A stretch of DNA of 64,000 nucleotides from a virus, in IMG/VR virus record IMGVR_UViG_3300043434_000210, positions 3,059 to 67,058 of that record, one strand, 5' to 3'. The position numbers and the translations under genes were made by a program. Positions 55,573 through 64,000 of the stretch are shown here, piece after piece; position 1 is the first letter of the stretch, and every line of letters starts with the position of its first letter. The notes below the pieces were generated by a model. It made no database searches. It worked only from the letters and a program-made list of their open reading frames with translations, and was not told the DNA's origin.

Positions 55573-55799
55573 TATTCACTCACTTTCAATGTCTTTAGCT
55601 CGTCCAAAGTTTGTGCTTGGTCGGCCAGTTGTGTAATGTCACGTAAGCGTTGTTTTTCTGCCACGATAGGCGCTGTGTCAGCACCCGTTTCTAAAGCACG
55701 TTGGAACGCTACGTCTTGGGCTTGTAATAGTGGTGTGCGTTCAGCACGTAAACGCTCTTTGGTAATTTCTTTGGCTTTGTTTAGGTTAATTGTGATCAT
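55572..55799 (-). CDS. Tail fibre assembly-like protein
   Basis: LRAERTPLL..QD...KQRLRDIT. Confidence 0.65.
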   Translation of the reverse strand: MITINLNKAKEITKERLRAERTPLLQAQDVAFQRALETGADTAPIVAEKQRLRDITQLADQAQTLDELKTLKVSE

Positions 55800-56056
55800 T
55801 CTTGCTCCTTAGCCGCTTGTTCTGCAAACCACGCGTCTGGCCCGATACCAACACCATCTGGGTTAGAAAAGTCAGCTTCCCATGCGCTGAAAAACTCGTG
55901 GTCTTGCGGTAAATCTTCGTTGTTCATAAGTAAATACGGTACACCCGCTGGTACATCTTTGCGTGCAATTTCTTCAATAGAAAGACCGCACTCAGGAGCA
56001 GGAATAACTAAAGCAATTGAGCCGTCTTCTTGTGGGTAAATAATTGATTGAGCCAT
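55796..56056 (-). CDS. Fibre-associated small protein
   Basis: IARKDVPAGVPY...FFSAW. Confidence 0.6.
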   Translation of the reverse strand: MAQSIIYPQEDGSIALVIPAPECGLSIEEIARKDVPAGVPYLLMNNEDLPQDHEFFSAWEADFSNPDGVGIGPDAWFAEQAAKEQE

Positions 56057-56067
56057 CTTTATTCCTT

Positions 56068-57429
56068 TTATCTAAATACCGCCACGCCCATCCACGCAAG
56101 ATCAGTAGGGCCATTTGTCCACCCACCCCACGCATTTGCATAAGAAGTAGAATCATTGCCACCACCTGAACCAATATGGTAGCCGCCTGAGTTGGTGCTA
56201 GCGTTTGCACTTACAAGAACAGTAAAATTAAGGTCTGGCATTGCAGTCCCAAAGTTACATCTAAAATACCCTGTAGCTGATTTAGTAATAGAGCTTATAT
56301 TGCCGCTTCCACGAATTGCTGGCGTTCCAGTACCGTTGAAGTTTACCCAAGCCTGACATGGGTAAAGACTCCGCATTGTGGACGTACCAGCAATAACGCC
56401 TAGCAGTTGACCGTTTTGAGCAACTTGGAAACGTGATGTAAATGCTGAATCTCGAACATCGAAACAGTTGGTACCATCCCCGCCAATATACCCACCGCCA
56501 ACGCTTGTACCACTTCTAAATAAACCTAACTGAGCAGAGCCACTAGATTGAGTAATTCTTGCATAGCCGTTTGCATCGATAGACACAAAGGTGCTTCCTC
56601 CATCTACGACAGTAAGTTTTGCACTAGGGCTACTAGTACCAATACCCACGTTACCTGTGCTGGTTATACGCATACGCTCGTTAGCGCCACCACCAGTAAC
56701 AAATCGTAATTCATTTGCTGACCATAAAAGAGTAGCGGAATCAAAAGAACCACCAATAATTGAACTCCAGTTTCCAAAAGCACCATTACTTGTACCGCCT
56801 TGGGCAATAGCAAAAAATGAACCTTGGGTTGTGCCTGTTCCGCCATTTATTCTTGTCGAAACACTGCCTGTACCATCACCAATGTCCAATCTTGCTGCAG
56901 GACTACTAGTACCAATACCGACGTTACCACCCGATAACTGCATAGCAATATTAGCAGTGGCAGACAAAGCAGAATTTAATCCTTGTATTTGAGAAACGCC
57001 GCCAGTGTTTTGGATTGTTAAGATTGGGGAGCCTGAAGCATTTCTAAATCCAGCTACATACCCAGAACCGTTGTCTTTTTCTACGACTAACCCTAACGCA
57101 GGACTCGCCGTTCCAATGCCTAAATTTCCGCTTGAATTTAAGCGCATGCTTTCCACACCACCCTCAGTGAAGGCTATTGTGTCGGCACCTGGTGAGAAGA
57201 TACCTGTGTTGGTATCGCCTGTGAATGTGATTGATGGTGCGCCTGCTGAACCCAAACCAAACGCACTTGAACCAAAACTTACAGCGCCAGCAAATGTGGC
57301 TGATTGATCGGAGCCGAGCGTCAAAGCAGTAGTACCACTAGCACCTGTCTTAAAGACTAAGTTACCATTGGTGTCGCCTGTTTGGACTAACGCCGTGGTT
57401 AGCGTGGTTCCACTGGATATGACGCTCAT
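56068..57429 (-). CDS. Tail fibre protein
   Basis: Three GN(V/L)GIGTxSP repeats, APSITFTGDTNTGIF, C-terminal AWVNFNG...NISSI domain. Confidence 0.8.
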   Translation of the reverse strand: MSVISSGTTLTTALVQTGDTNGNLVFKTGASGTTALTLGSDQSATFAGAVSFGSSAFGLGSAGAPSITFTGDTNTGIFSPGADTIAFTEGGVESMRLNSSGNLGIGTASPALGLVVEKDNGSGYVAGFRNASGSPILTIQNTGGVSQIQGLNSALSATANIAMQLSGGNVGIGTSSPAARLDIGDGTGSVSTRINGGTGTTQGSFFAIAQGGTSNGAFGNWSSIIGGSFDSATLLWSANELRFVTGGGANERMRITSTGNVGIGTSSPSAKLTVVDGGSTFVSIDANGYARITQSSGSAQLGLFRSGTSVGGGYIGGDGTNCFDVRDSAFTSRFQVAQNGQLLGVIAGTSTMRSLYPCQAWVNFNGTGTPAIRGSGNISSITKSATGYFRCNFGTAMPDLNFTVLVSANASTNSGGYHIGSGGGNDSTSYANAWGGWTNGPTDLAWMGVAVFR

Positions 57430-57434
57430 ATTTA

Positions 57435-57662
57435 TTACTCCGCTTTAGGTTCTGTTGTTTCTGCTGCTTTTAGTGACTCTGTCAACATGCTCATGAACGC
57501 GTTGCGACCAACTTGCAGCTGATCTAGGTTGAATCTGGTTGACGCGAGCTTGCGGTCAAGGTCCGCTACGTGGTTGACAAGCGCTTGCTGCTCTTGCGTC
57601 ATGTCTTCAAATTGGTACTCAGTTCCATCGATTACTACTGGCGTTGTTTTTTTCTCGGCCAT
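57435..57662 (-). CDS. Small coiled-coil protein of the tail module
   Basis: 75 aa, AGGAGA RBS, IDGTEY motif. Confidence 0.65.
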   Translation of the reverse strand: MAEKKTTPVVIDGTEYQFEDMTQEQQALVNHVADLDRKLASTRFNLDQLQVGRNAFMSMLTESLKAAETTEPKAE

Positions 57663-57679
57663 GTCGTTCTCCTAAATGT

Positions 57680-57708
57680 GCCACCAAAAAGGGCTGGTGG
57701 CTTGCCCT
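57680..57708 (-). other. Compact H-type RNA pseudoknot candidate
   Basis: Minus strand AGGGC-AA-GCCACCA-GCCCU-UUU-UGGUGGC. Confidence 0.5.
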
Positions 57709-57712
57709 AATT

Positions 57713-58045
57713 TTATACCGCTGGCGTTGCCCAAGGCAATGGAAGACTTACTACTGGCGGGTTAATTTGGTTCTCAATTTGCTGACCAACCGCTGCTTCT
57801 GTTGCATCTTTATCAACGCCCGCTGCCCAAATCCAGTTTAAAACTTGGGCTTCTGTTAAATCGGCGTATGGTGTGAATGGTTCTGCTGGGTCAGTTGACA
57901 CTGATTGGGTGCTATATACAGACGCGCTATATTCGCCGTCAACACCAGAACAAGTCCAATGCACGTTAAAAACCACGTCCTGCTCGCCATCTTGCTCTGG
58001 ATACTCGTCCATTGCTGTTACTGTCCATGTGTATGTTGTTGCCAT
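57713..58045 (-). CDS. Fibre-associated protein
   Basis: YTWTV...VHW...FTPYADLTEAQVLNW...LPW. Confidence 0.7.
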   Translation of the reverse strand: MATTYTWTVTAMDEYPEQDGEQDVVFNVHWTCSGVDGEYSASVYSTQSVSTDPAEPFTPYADLTEAQVLNWIWAAGVDKDATEAAVGQQIENQINPPVVSLPLPWATPAV

Positions 58046-58251
58046 TATTCACTCGCTTGTTGTAGTGGTGTTAAATCTTCTGTTGTCCAAAAATCTTTTG
58101 CAAGCATGATTTTAAGGTGTTCTTTATTACGAGCCACTGTGTCAGCCCATTCAGCATCTTCCATGCCTTCAGGCTTTTCACCGTTGATTAGGTTTACGCT
58201 ATCCATACAAGCTGAGTAGTGTTTAGCGATTTGTTCTGCTGTTAGTTCCAT
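58045..58251 (-). CDS. Small fibre-associated protein (paralogue of 53481-53708)
   Basis: Near-identical core sequence; follows the second S74 fibre. Confidence 0.7.
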   Translation of the reverse strand: MELTAEQIAKHYSACMDSVNLINGEKPEGMEDAEWADTVARNKEHLKIMLAKDFWTTEDLTPLQQASE

Positions 58252-58253
58252 TT

Positions 58254-60104
58254 TTATACTCCTTTTAATAAATCGATTTCAGCTTTAAGTTCTTTGATGG
58301 CGGCTACAAGAAGCGGAATTACATCAGTATAAGCAACACCCATCATTGCTGGCGAGCCATCTTTTTCTGTTGCACCTTCTGGCGGAATATTAACTGCTTG
58401 TGGCAATACAGCTAAAACATCTTGAGCAATTAAACCTACTTGTGGTTTTTCTGATTCATCAGATTTCCAAGTGTATTCTGCTGCTCTTAATGAACAAACT
58501 TTTGTCAAACCATTCTGTATTTCACCAGTAATGTTTTTAAGTCTTTCATCAGAGTTTGAAGTCCAAGATGTGCCACCAGCAGCCAAATAAACGCCATTGG
58601 AAGAATTTTTAATAATAAAACGAGCAACCCCAACATCATAATATGCTTGACTTTTAATTGAACTACCTATTGAAAAGTTAATTGTGCAATAAGAGGCTCC
58701 AGTATTTCCATTGATATACCAGTCACTAGGTCCATCGGTGTAAGCTCTAGGATTACCATCACCATCACTCAAGACAATATAGTTACTTGCTGTGCGGATG
58801 TCTAGACCGCCTGTATTACCGTTATACATACCAAGAATGGTATTTTTAGCACCGCTTGTTACCAAATTACCTGAGCCACGACCAACAAAAGTATTAGAAA
58901 TACCAGTTGTTGCGTTACCAGCCAAACTACCAACAAAAGTGCAATAGCCGTTTGTAGTGTGTGAATAACCAGCCTGATAGCCAATAGAAACCATTTCGGG
59001 TGCTGTTGTTTGTGTATAACCAGCTTGATAACCCACTGCTGTATTACTACCTGCTGTGGTATTGTTAAATAAGGCAAGTCTACCAATACCTGTATTGTTA
59101 GACCCTGTGGTGTTTGCGTTTAAAGCACCAAAGCCAAAAGCGGAATTTTCACTTCCAGTTGTGTTTGCAAATAAAGCACCACCACCGCCAAAAGCTGAAT
59201 TGTTAGCTCCTGTAGTATTGCTATATGCTGTTTGACCACCAAATGCAGCAACACTACCTGTAGTATTTGAATATCCAGCTTGATAACCTACAGCTGTGTT
59301 ATTAGATGCTGTGGTGTTTGAAAATAATGAACGATACCCAATTGCTGTGTTATTAGAGCCAGTTGTATTTAGCAACAAAGTTGCCTGTCCATAACCGCTG
59401 TTATAACTTCCTGTCGTATTGCTATTAAGAGAGTTATGACCAAAGCCACAGTTTTCAGTACCGCTCGTGTTTACGACCATTACAGAAGTGCCAAAAGCAG
59501 AATTAGCACTTGCTGTGTTGTTGCTCAAAGCATTGTCGCCAACTGCTGTGTTGAAGTTTCCTGTTTGGTTTCCAAAGTTTGCTCGGTAGCCAACACCAAC
59601 GTTATTAACGCCAGTTGTGTTGTAGTACAGAGCTTGATAACCGACGGCAGTGATAGGTGAGCCTGTAGTATTACTACGACCAGCATCAAAACCTACTGCT
59701 GTGTTATTAGACGCTGTGGTGTTTGCGTTTAAAGCTGAATCACCTACTGCGGTATTAGAACCACCAGAAGTATTAGAAAAAAGTGCATTAATACCAAGGC
59801 TGGTGTTTGATAAACCAGAAGTATTTGTCTTTAAAGCGTTTATACCAAAAGCACTATTTCTGCTACCAGTAGTATTAGCTACCAAAGCATCAGCACCTAC
59901 AGCGGTGTTAGTAGCAACAGCACCAGCACCTCTACCTACTGTGATGCCTTGAATGGTTGTAATTGAGTTGATTACAAGGGTGTCGGTGTTGCTGTCACCA
60001 ATAATTGTATTGCCTGTAGTTGTTAAGTTAACAACTGTTTCAGAGCCTGTGTTAATCAGGCCAGGTGTTGTGATTCCCGTTGTGCCGTCAAGAATGATCG
60101 CCAT
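58254..60104 (-). CDS. Second tail fibre/spike with NTAVG repeats and S74-like chaperone
   Basis: Same repeats; SDERLKNI, GLIAQDV, LVAAIKELKAE. Confidence 0.85.
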   Translation of the reverse strand: MAIILDGTTGITTPGLINTGSETVVNLTTTGNTIIGDSNTDTLVINSITTIQGITVGRGAGAVATNTAVGADALVANTTGSRNSAFGINALKTNTSGLSNTSLGINALFSNTSGGSNTAVGDSALNANTTASNNTAVGFDAGRSNTTGSPITAVGYQALYYNTTGVNNVGVGYRANFGNQTGNFNTAVGDNALSNNTASANSAFGTSVMVVNTSGTENCGFGHNSLNSNTTGSYNSGYGQATLLLNTTGSNNTAIGYRSLFSNTTASNNTAVGYQAGYSNTTGSVAAFGGQTAYSNTTGANNSAFGGGGALFANTTGSENSAFGFGALNANTTGSNNTGIGRLALFNNTTAGSNTAVGYQAGYTQTTAPEMVSIGYQAGYSHTTNGYCTFVGSLAGNATTGISNTFVGRGSGNLVTSGAKNTILGMYNGNTGGLDIRTASNYIVLSDGDGNPRAYTDGPSDWYINGNTGASYCTINFSIGSSIKSQAYYDVGVARFIIKNSSNGVYLAAGGTSWTSNSDERLKNITGEIQNGLTKVCSLRAAEYTWKSDESEKPQVGLIAQDVLAVLPQAVNIPPEGATEKDGSPAMMGVAYTDVIPLLVAAIKELKAEIDLLKGV

Positions 60105-60114
60105 TTCTTACCCT

Positions 60115-60963
60115 TTATAAAACAATCCAACGCTGGCCAGCAGCCACCGTAATAGTCACGCCGCTTGCTGTCGTAATTGGGCCTACTGAGAAGCCGTTTG
60201 TACCTGTAGCAATTGTGTAACTGACTGAAGCTGTTGTGTTGTTAACTTGAATCGCACCACCCGCTTGCGCACCGCCGATGCCACCCCAATCTGTGCCGTT
60301 ATAGCCTTCGAACTGAGCCAAAGAGGTGTTGTAGCGCAACATACCCTGAGCTGGTGTGCCTGGACGCTGGCCTGTAGTACCGTTCTGTAGCTTGGTTGCG
60401 CCTGTGCCACTGAATGTCACATCGCCTGTTGCAGAAATCGTTGTGAACGCAGCTGAGTTAGCAGTACCAGAACCAATCGCTGGAGGAGCTGCCCAATCTG
60501 ATCCATCTAACAAGTCAACGTTTAAGTTACTTACTTTGGTTGTTGATGCAATCACCAACGGCGCTGTGCCTGTTGTAACTGTTGAAGTAACCTGACCAGT
60601 AGCTGAAATAGTGCCAGCCGCTAAAGACGTGATGTTAACTATGTTGCTTGCATCTTCATTAACAGACTTTTCAGCTGGGTAAGTAACGAACACATCTTTT
60701 GTACCAGCACTGAAGTTAACCAATGAACCGCTGTTAGAAGACGACAAAATGGTTGTACGAGCCAACTGACCCGCTGAAACAGTACCAATACCAACTTCCC
60801 ATTCATTAACGCCTGGGTTTGAGATTGTGTAGTAAGTTGTGTTGCCGTTACCAATGGCTGTTGAGAAAGTCTGAAAACCAACAACGGCACCAGTAAGTAC
60901 TAATGTACCAGTGCCAGTTGTGGTCGACTGCTCCCGTACGCGGTCAGCTAGAACCAATGCCAT
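60115..60963 (-). CDS. Tail fibre-like structural protein
   Basis: LADRVRE..TTTGTG, EWEVGIGT, GTTGQRP...GMLRYNT...FEGY. Confidence 0.7.
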   Translation of the reverse strand: MALVLADRVREQSTTTGTGTLVLTGAVVGFQTFSTAIGNGNTTYYTISNPGVNEWEVGIGTVSAGQLARTTILSSSNSGSLVNFSAGTKDVFVTYPAEKSVNEDASNIVNITSLAAGTISATGQVTSTVTTGTAPLVIASTTKVSNLNVDLLDGSDWAAPPAIGSGTANSAAFTTISATGDVTFSGTGATKLQNGTTGQRPGTPAQGMLRYNTSLAQFEGYNGTDWGGIGGAQAGGAIQVNNTTASVSYTIATGTNGFSVGPITTASGVTITVAAGQRWIVL

Positions 60964-60974
60964 GATTGGCTCCT

Positions 60975-61409
60975 TTAGGCGATACGAATAATTGCGTTGC
61001 TTGCGTCAGCAGCTGGGAAAATTACAGTAAAGTTGCCGTTCGTTGATGTCTTGTCGCTACCGAAGTCTAGTACGCAAACTGCATCGTTTGTTGTACCGTT
61101 TGCTAAGTAGATCAAAGCACCACGAGCTGTAATTGTTGCTGATGACCATGTGCTGTCTGCAAAGTCTAAGAAGGCTGTTGTGCCTGTTGAAGTCGGAACT
61201 TGAGATACCGTCAGCGTGTTGCCGCCGGCCGTGTAGCCTGTACCTGTTACTTCGTTAGACGTTGTGTAAGCTGTTGTCGTTGCATCTAAAGTCGCTGAAC
61301 TTGTGTAAAGCGCAATCTTAAATACTTGTGATGTGCCGGTACCAAAATCAAAGGTTCCGTCTAAAAGACCGACCTTGAAGCTGGTTGCCATTGCTTGGGT
61401 AATTGCCAT
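60975..61409 (-). CDS. Virion structural protein
   Basis: TSFK..LL.G...FKIALYTSSA...GYTAGG...ARGALIY...VLDFG.DKT. Confidence 0.7.
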   Translation of the reverse strand: MAITQAMATSFKVGLLDGTFDFGTGTSQVFKIALYTSSATLDATTTAYTTSNEVTGTGYTAGGNTLTVSQVPTSTGTTAFLDFADSTWSSATITARGALIYLANGTTNDAVCVLDFGSDKTSTNGNFTVIFPAADASNAIIRIA

Positions 61410-61418
61410 TTTCTACTC

Positions 61419-62081
61419 CTATAATTTGTTGTACTGCAGTTTTGTCTGGCCATCTCTGTAAGCGTCACCACGCTCCAAGCCATCACCAAGACGTTTAAGT
61501 TGCGCTAATGCCTCATTGTATTTCGCCTCTACGTTTTGAATCAAGTCTTGTTCACCCTTTTGGAATAAATAAGCTTCGCGCAGCGCGCCATACAATAAGA
61601 CGGGACTATAGTTATCACCAAGCCAGCTAGTGCCTGCCGTGACAATTGATTCTGGATAATAAAAGTAGTGCAGCTCAATGGAATAAGCTGCGTCTGGTGT
61701 AGGCCCCAAAATAAAAGCAAGCTCGTTAGAGTTGCCTGAACGTGGGCCAAACAACGCGTAGTACCTTGGCAGGCCTTGTGAATTAGGATTTGGGTACGCT
61801 TGACGGATAAAGTTCACGTCTTTATTAAGCATGTACTCATACCTACCAGTGGCATCAACAGCCGCCATTGAATAAACAGACAGAAAGTCGTCAGGACACG
61901 CCAAATACTTGTTAGTAGCTGTCGTGTTACCAGTAACGTTACGACGCAGCGCAGGGATCTGCACACTGTTGTATATACGCTCTTCTGCTTGTTCTACAAA
62001 AGTCGGTATATTTTGGACAAAAATTGTCTCGTCGGTTTCAGTGTAGTCCTGTATTGCCTGACGGAGTTCTGCGTAGTTCAT
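61419..62081 (-). CDS. Tail tubular/adaptor protein
   Basis: MNYAEL..AIQDY.E, AEERI, PRYYA, PTPD..Y, LLYGAL.EA. Confidence 0.7.
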   Translation of the reverse strand: MNYAELRQAIQDYTETDETIFVQNIPTFVEQAEERIYNSVQIPALRRNVTGNTTATNKYLACPDDFLSVYSMAAVDATGRYEYMLNKDVNFIRQAYPNPNSQGLPRYYALFGPRSGNSNELAFILGPTPDAAYSIELHYFYYPESIVTAGTSWLGDNYSPVLLYGALREAYLFQKGEQDLIQNVEAKYNEALAQLKRLGDGLERGDAYRDGQTKLQYNKL

Positions 62082-62278
62082 TAGGCCATCGGTCCTCTAG
62101 CAGTTTTACCTTTGGTAGCGCAACCGTTACCGCGAGTCACGATACCTGAAGTCTTAACGCCTTTGTACTCACCAACGCGAACGTTTGCGTCAGAGTGCGG
62201 GCTCTTTAAGTTTTCTTTGATGTCGGCAGCGCCAACTACTGGGCTAGCCACTTTCTTTTCTTGCTTGTATGTAGGCAT
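62081..62278 (-). CDS. Small basic protein
   Basis: KTSGIVTRGNGCATKG..ARGPMA. Confidence 0.6.
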   Translation of the reverse strand: MPTYKQEKKVASPVVGAADIKENLKSPHSDANVRVGEYKGVKTSGIVTRGNGCATKGKTARGPMA

Positions 62279-62280
62279 GA

Positions 62281-62478
62281 TTAACGTCCTCTTGAAGAAC
62301 CGCGTTTCTGAGCTGCAACTTTAGCCAAGTTACGACCCAATTTTTTCATATCTGCGTTAGTTTTACCACTACTTCCGCCTTTGCCAGTGAAATTACCTAC
62401 TGACGGACCTGTATCACCTAAGTTTTTACCTTCGGTTTTAGCTTTTTTGGCGATGCCATCTGCTGCTTTTTTAAACAT
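62281..62478 (-). CDS. Small basic protein
   Basis: GKTNADMKKLGRNLAKV. Confidence 0.6.
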   Translation of the reverse strand: MFKKAADGIAKKAKTEGKNLGDTGPSVGNFTGKGGSSGKTNADMKKLGRNLAKVAAQKRGSSRGR

Positions 62479-62481
62479 AAT

Positions 62482-62988
62482 TTACTCCAGAAATGAATTA
62501 CCTTTGGCTAAATTTGCAGCCTTGGTAATAACTTGTAAATTAGACGGTACGTGCAAACCAGAAACCGTCTTACCCTGTAGTGGAATTATATGGTCCACAT
62601 GCCACCGTTGTACACCATGTTTATTAAGCATGGCTGCTACTTCATATCTACATTTAATGCGCAGGTGGTCAAAATCACTTAACCACGCTGGCGTACGCTT
62701 TAAAACAGCTGCACGACGCCTTGCGTCCATGCTCTGCAGCGCTCCTGGGTTTTCAACTTTCCAAGTTTTGTTACGCTTATTAATAGTACTTTTATTTTTC
62801 ACATACTTGTTTGCGTCAGCTTTTTTACTATAGCTTTTTGCAAGTTCTGGATTTTTTAGCTTCCAGGCGTCTTTTCTTGCATTGTCGCACTTCTTGCAAT
62901 GACTTTGATATCCGTCTTTGCTGTTCATTTTTTGGGCGTAAAAGTCCGCATATGGTTTTACATCACCACATTTTGTGCAAGACTTCAT
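62482..62988 (-). CDS. Free-standing HNH homing endonuclease
   Basis: CxxC...CxxC N-terminus; TPAW, HVDHIIPLQG..VSGLHV..NLQVI...N..K.N. Confidence 0.85.
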   Translation of the reverse strand: MKSCTKCGDVKPYADFYAQKMNSKDGYQSHCKKCDNARKDAWKLKNPELAKSYSKKADANKYVKNKSTINKRNKTWKVENPGALQSMDARRRAAVLKRTPAWLSDFDHLRIKCRYEVAAMLNKHGVQRWHVDHIIPLQGKTVSGLHVPSNLQVITKAANLAKGNSFLE

Positions 62989-63374
62989 GACACCTCCACC
63001 GTTACAACACCGACCTGCCCTTTACCAACTAAATCGTTTGGCGTTAGGGCTGAATCAAAACTTTGAGCCATACCTACTGGGGCCCACCCCCATTGTATCT
63101 GCCTACTGCCGCCAGATGGGTCACCTTCAGCGTTTAAGCCCGACTGGTAATACGTAGTATCCCGTCTTGGATTTCGCAGCGCTTGCGGGTCGTTAACCGG
63201 ATACATACCCAACTGTAACTGCGGGTGATCAGGGTCCCAACAAGAATCGCACACCAAAAGGTTGTACTGCTTTGTTTTGATAATCTCAGTTTTAAGTGTT
63301 TTAAGCTTGAACTGTTGACCACATCTATCGCATATCGCAATAGCCCATTTCCCAGAAGCGAACGGATAAGACAC
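62985..63374 (-). CDS. Cys-motif protein of the head-tail module
   Basis: AICDRCG...VCDSCWDPDHPQL...DPQALRNPR. Confidence 0.7.
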   Translation of the reverse strand: MSYPFASGKWAIAICDRCGQQFKLKTLKTEIIKTKQYNLLVCDSCWDPDHPQLQLGMYPVNDPQALRNPRRDTTYYQSGLNAEGDPSGGSRQIQWGWAPVGMAQSFDSALTPNDLVGKGQVGVVTVEVS

Positions 63375-63383
63375 ACGTTACTC

Positions 63384-64000
63384 CTAGGTTATAAACATTC
63401 TGCGCGGCACAAATCGCTGGGCAGCTTTCTCACGGTCTTCTGTGGCAGCCATTTCCCAAGCTTCATCGTACTGCTGTTTCAAAATCGGTAAGCGAGCTTC
63501 CGCACCAGGAATCTTTAATGCCATGTAATACGCCAAACCAGCCGCTAAGCAAGGAATCATGCGAAACGGTACGTCAAATGTATTAACGCCATCTCCAGCA
63601 TCCTGAATACGACGCAAGCGCCAGTAAACGAACTGATACGGCTGGGAGCCATCTGGTGTAGGCCAAACAGTAATCTTTGGGTTATCAATATTTGTACTTG
63701 GGTTTGTACCATTAGGGCCGAGACCCACGGGATATTGAGCTCCAGACATACGCTGAATCCAAACTTGAATCGGGCGACCTTGGCTCAACTTGTTTGGGAT
63801 TGTTGTGTATGTATCCACGCTGATGCGTGTGATTGTCAAATCTGCTTGTGTGTACTGGTTACCAGCGCCTGTACGAATCTGGTGTTCAATCAGGTCGACG
63901 GTATCGACCGGCAGGTTGTATGTGTTTTGCCCCTGCACCAAGTTAATCGTGCCCTGCTCAATAGTCCACATGTTGATGCCGCGGTTAGCCCAGTCAGCAA
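63384..64000 (-). CDS. Head-tail adaptor-like protein (5' end outside the window)
   Basis: The frame stays open to the edge (ADWANRGINMW...); PNK...GRP, VWPTPD, P.RMIPCL.AGLAYY, A..EDRE. Confidence 0.7.
   Translation of the reverse strand, partial: ADWANRGINMWTIEQGTINLVQGQNTYNLPVDTVDLIEHQIRTGAGNQYTQADLTITRISVDTYTTIPNKLSQGRPIQVWIQRMSGAQYPVGLGPNGTNPSTNIDNPKITVWPTPDGSQPYQFVYWRLRRIQDAGDGVNTFDVPFRMIPCLAAGLAYYMALKIPGAEARLPILKQQYDEAWEMAATEDREKAAQRFVPRRMFIT

Noticed and set aside
57660-57720. Stop read-through or -1 frameshift stimulated by the pseudoknot to fuse 57713-58045 with 57435-57662
   Set aside because: Frame 0 hits TAG two codons after the stop, the -1 frame hits TAG before the downstream ATG, and there is no slippery heptamer.
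53710-60104. Diversity-generating retroelement or invertible shufflon in the fibre genes
   Set aside because: No reverse transcriptase or invertase is present in the window. The repeats are direct, both copies are coding, and the differences do not look adenine-specific.
1-64000. tRNA, rRNA, integrase, host metabolic genes, alternative genetic code
   Set aside because: I saw no T-loop/cloverleaf signature, recombinase motifs or host-like operons. Genes are long and tightly packed under the standard code. The many short antisense ORFs are shadows of real genes.

Overview
This window is a near-complete, circularly permuted genome of a tailed dsDNA phage with podovirus-like architecture. It starts inside the major capsid gene and ends inside a head-tail adaptor gene on the same strand. 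Layout: (i) 1-8068, minus strand: head and packaging genes (MCP, scaffold, GroES, portal, TerL, probable TerS); (ii) about 8070-8590: divergent control region; (iii) 8576-32069, plus strand: early and replication arm (small hypotheticals, amidoligase plus class II glutamine amidotransferase, MoxR-type AAA plus vWA-metallopeptidase, VRR-NUC, family A DNA polymerase, Cas4-like exonuclease, HNH, SNF2 helicase, putative SSB, HTH, primase-helicase); (iv) 32053-64000, minus strand: giant internal virion protein, ejection proteins, tail nozzle, lysis genes, an exported-protein cassette and a large tail-fibre block. I saw no integrase, RNA polymerase, tRNA or CRISPR array. The most striking unannotated signal is a predicted ~105-nt small RNA (minus strand, about 8263 to 8157) with its own sigma70-type promoter and intrinsic terminator. 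Its 5' hairpin loop is the exact complement of a leader/Shine-Dalgarno motif shared by several early genes, suggesting a multi-target anti-RBS regulatory RNA. Also notable are eight polarised copies of GGGGAG-N4-CTCCCCAA confined to the first 5.6 kb of the early arm and an origin-like AT-rich core with nested inverted repeats. All functional calls come from reading motifs by eye; no database searches were run.
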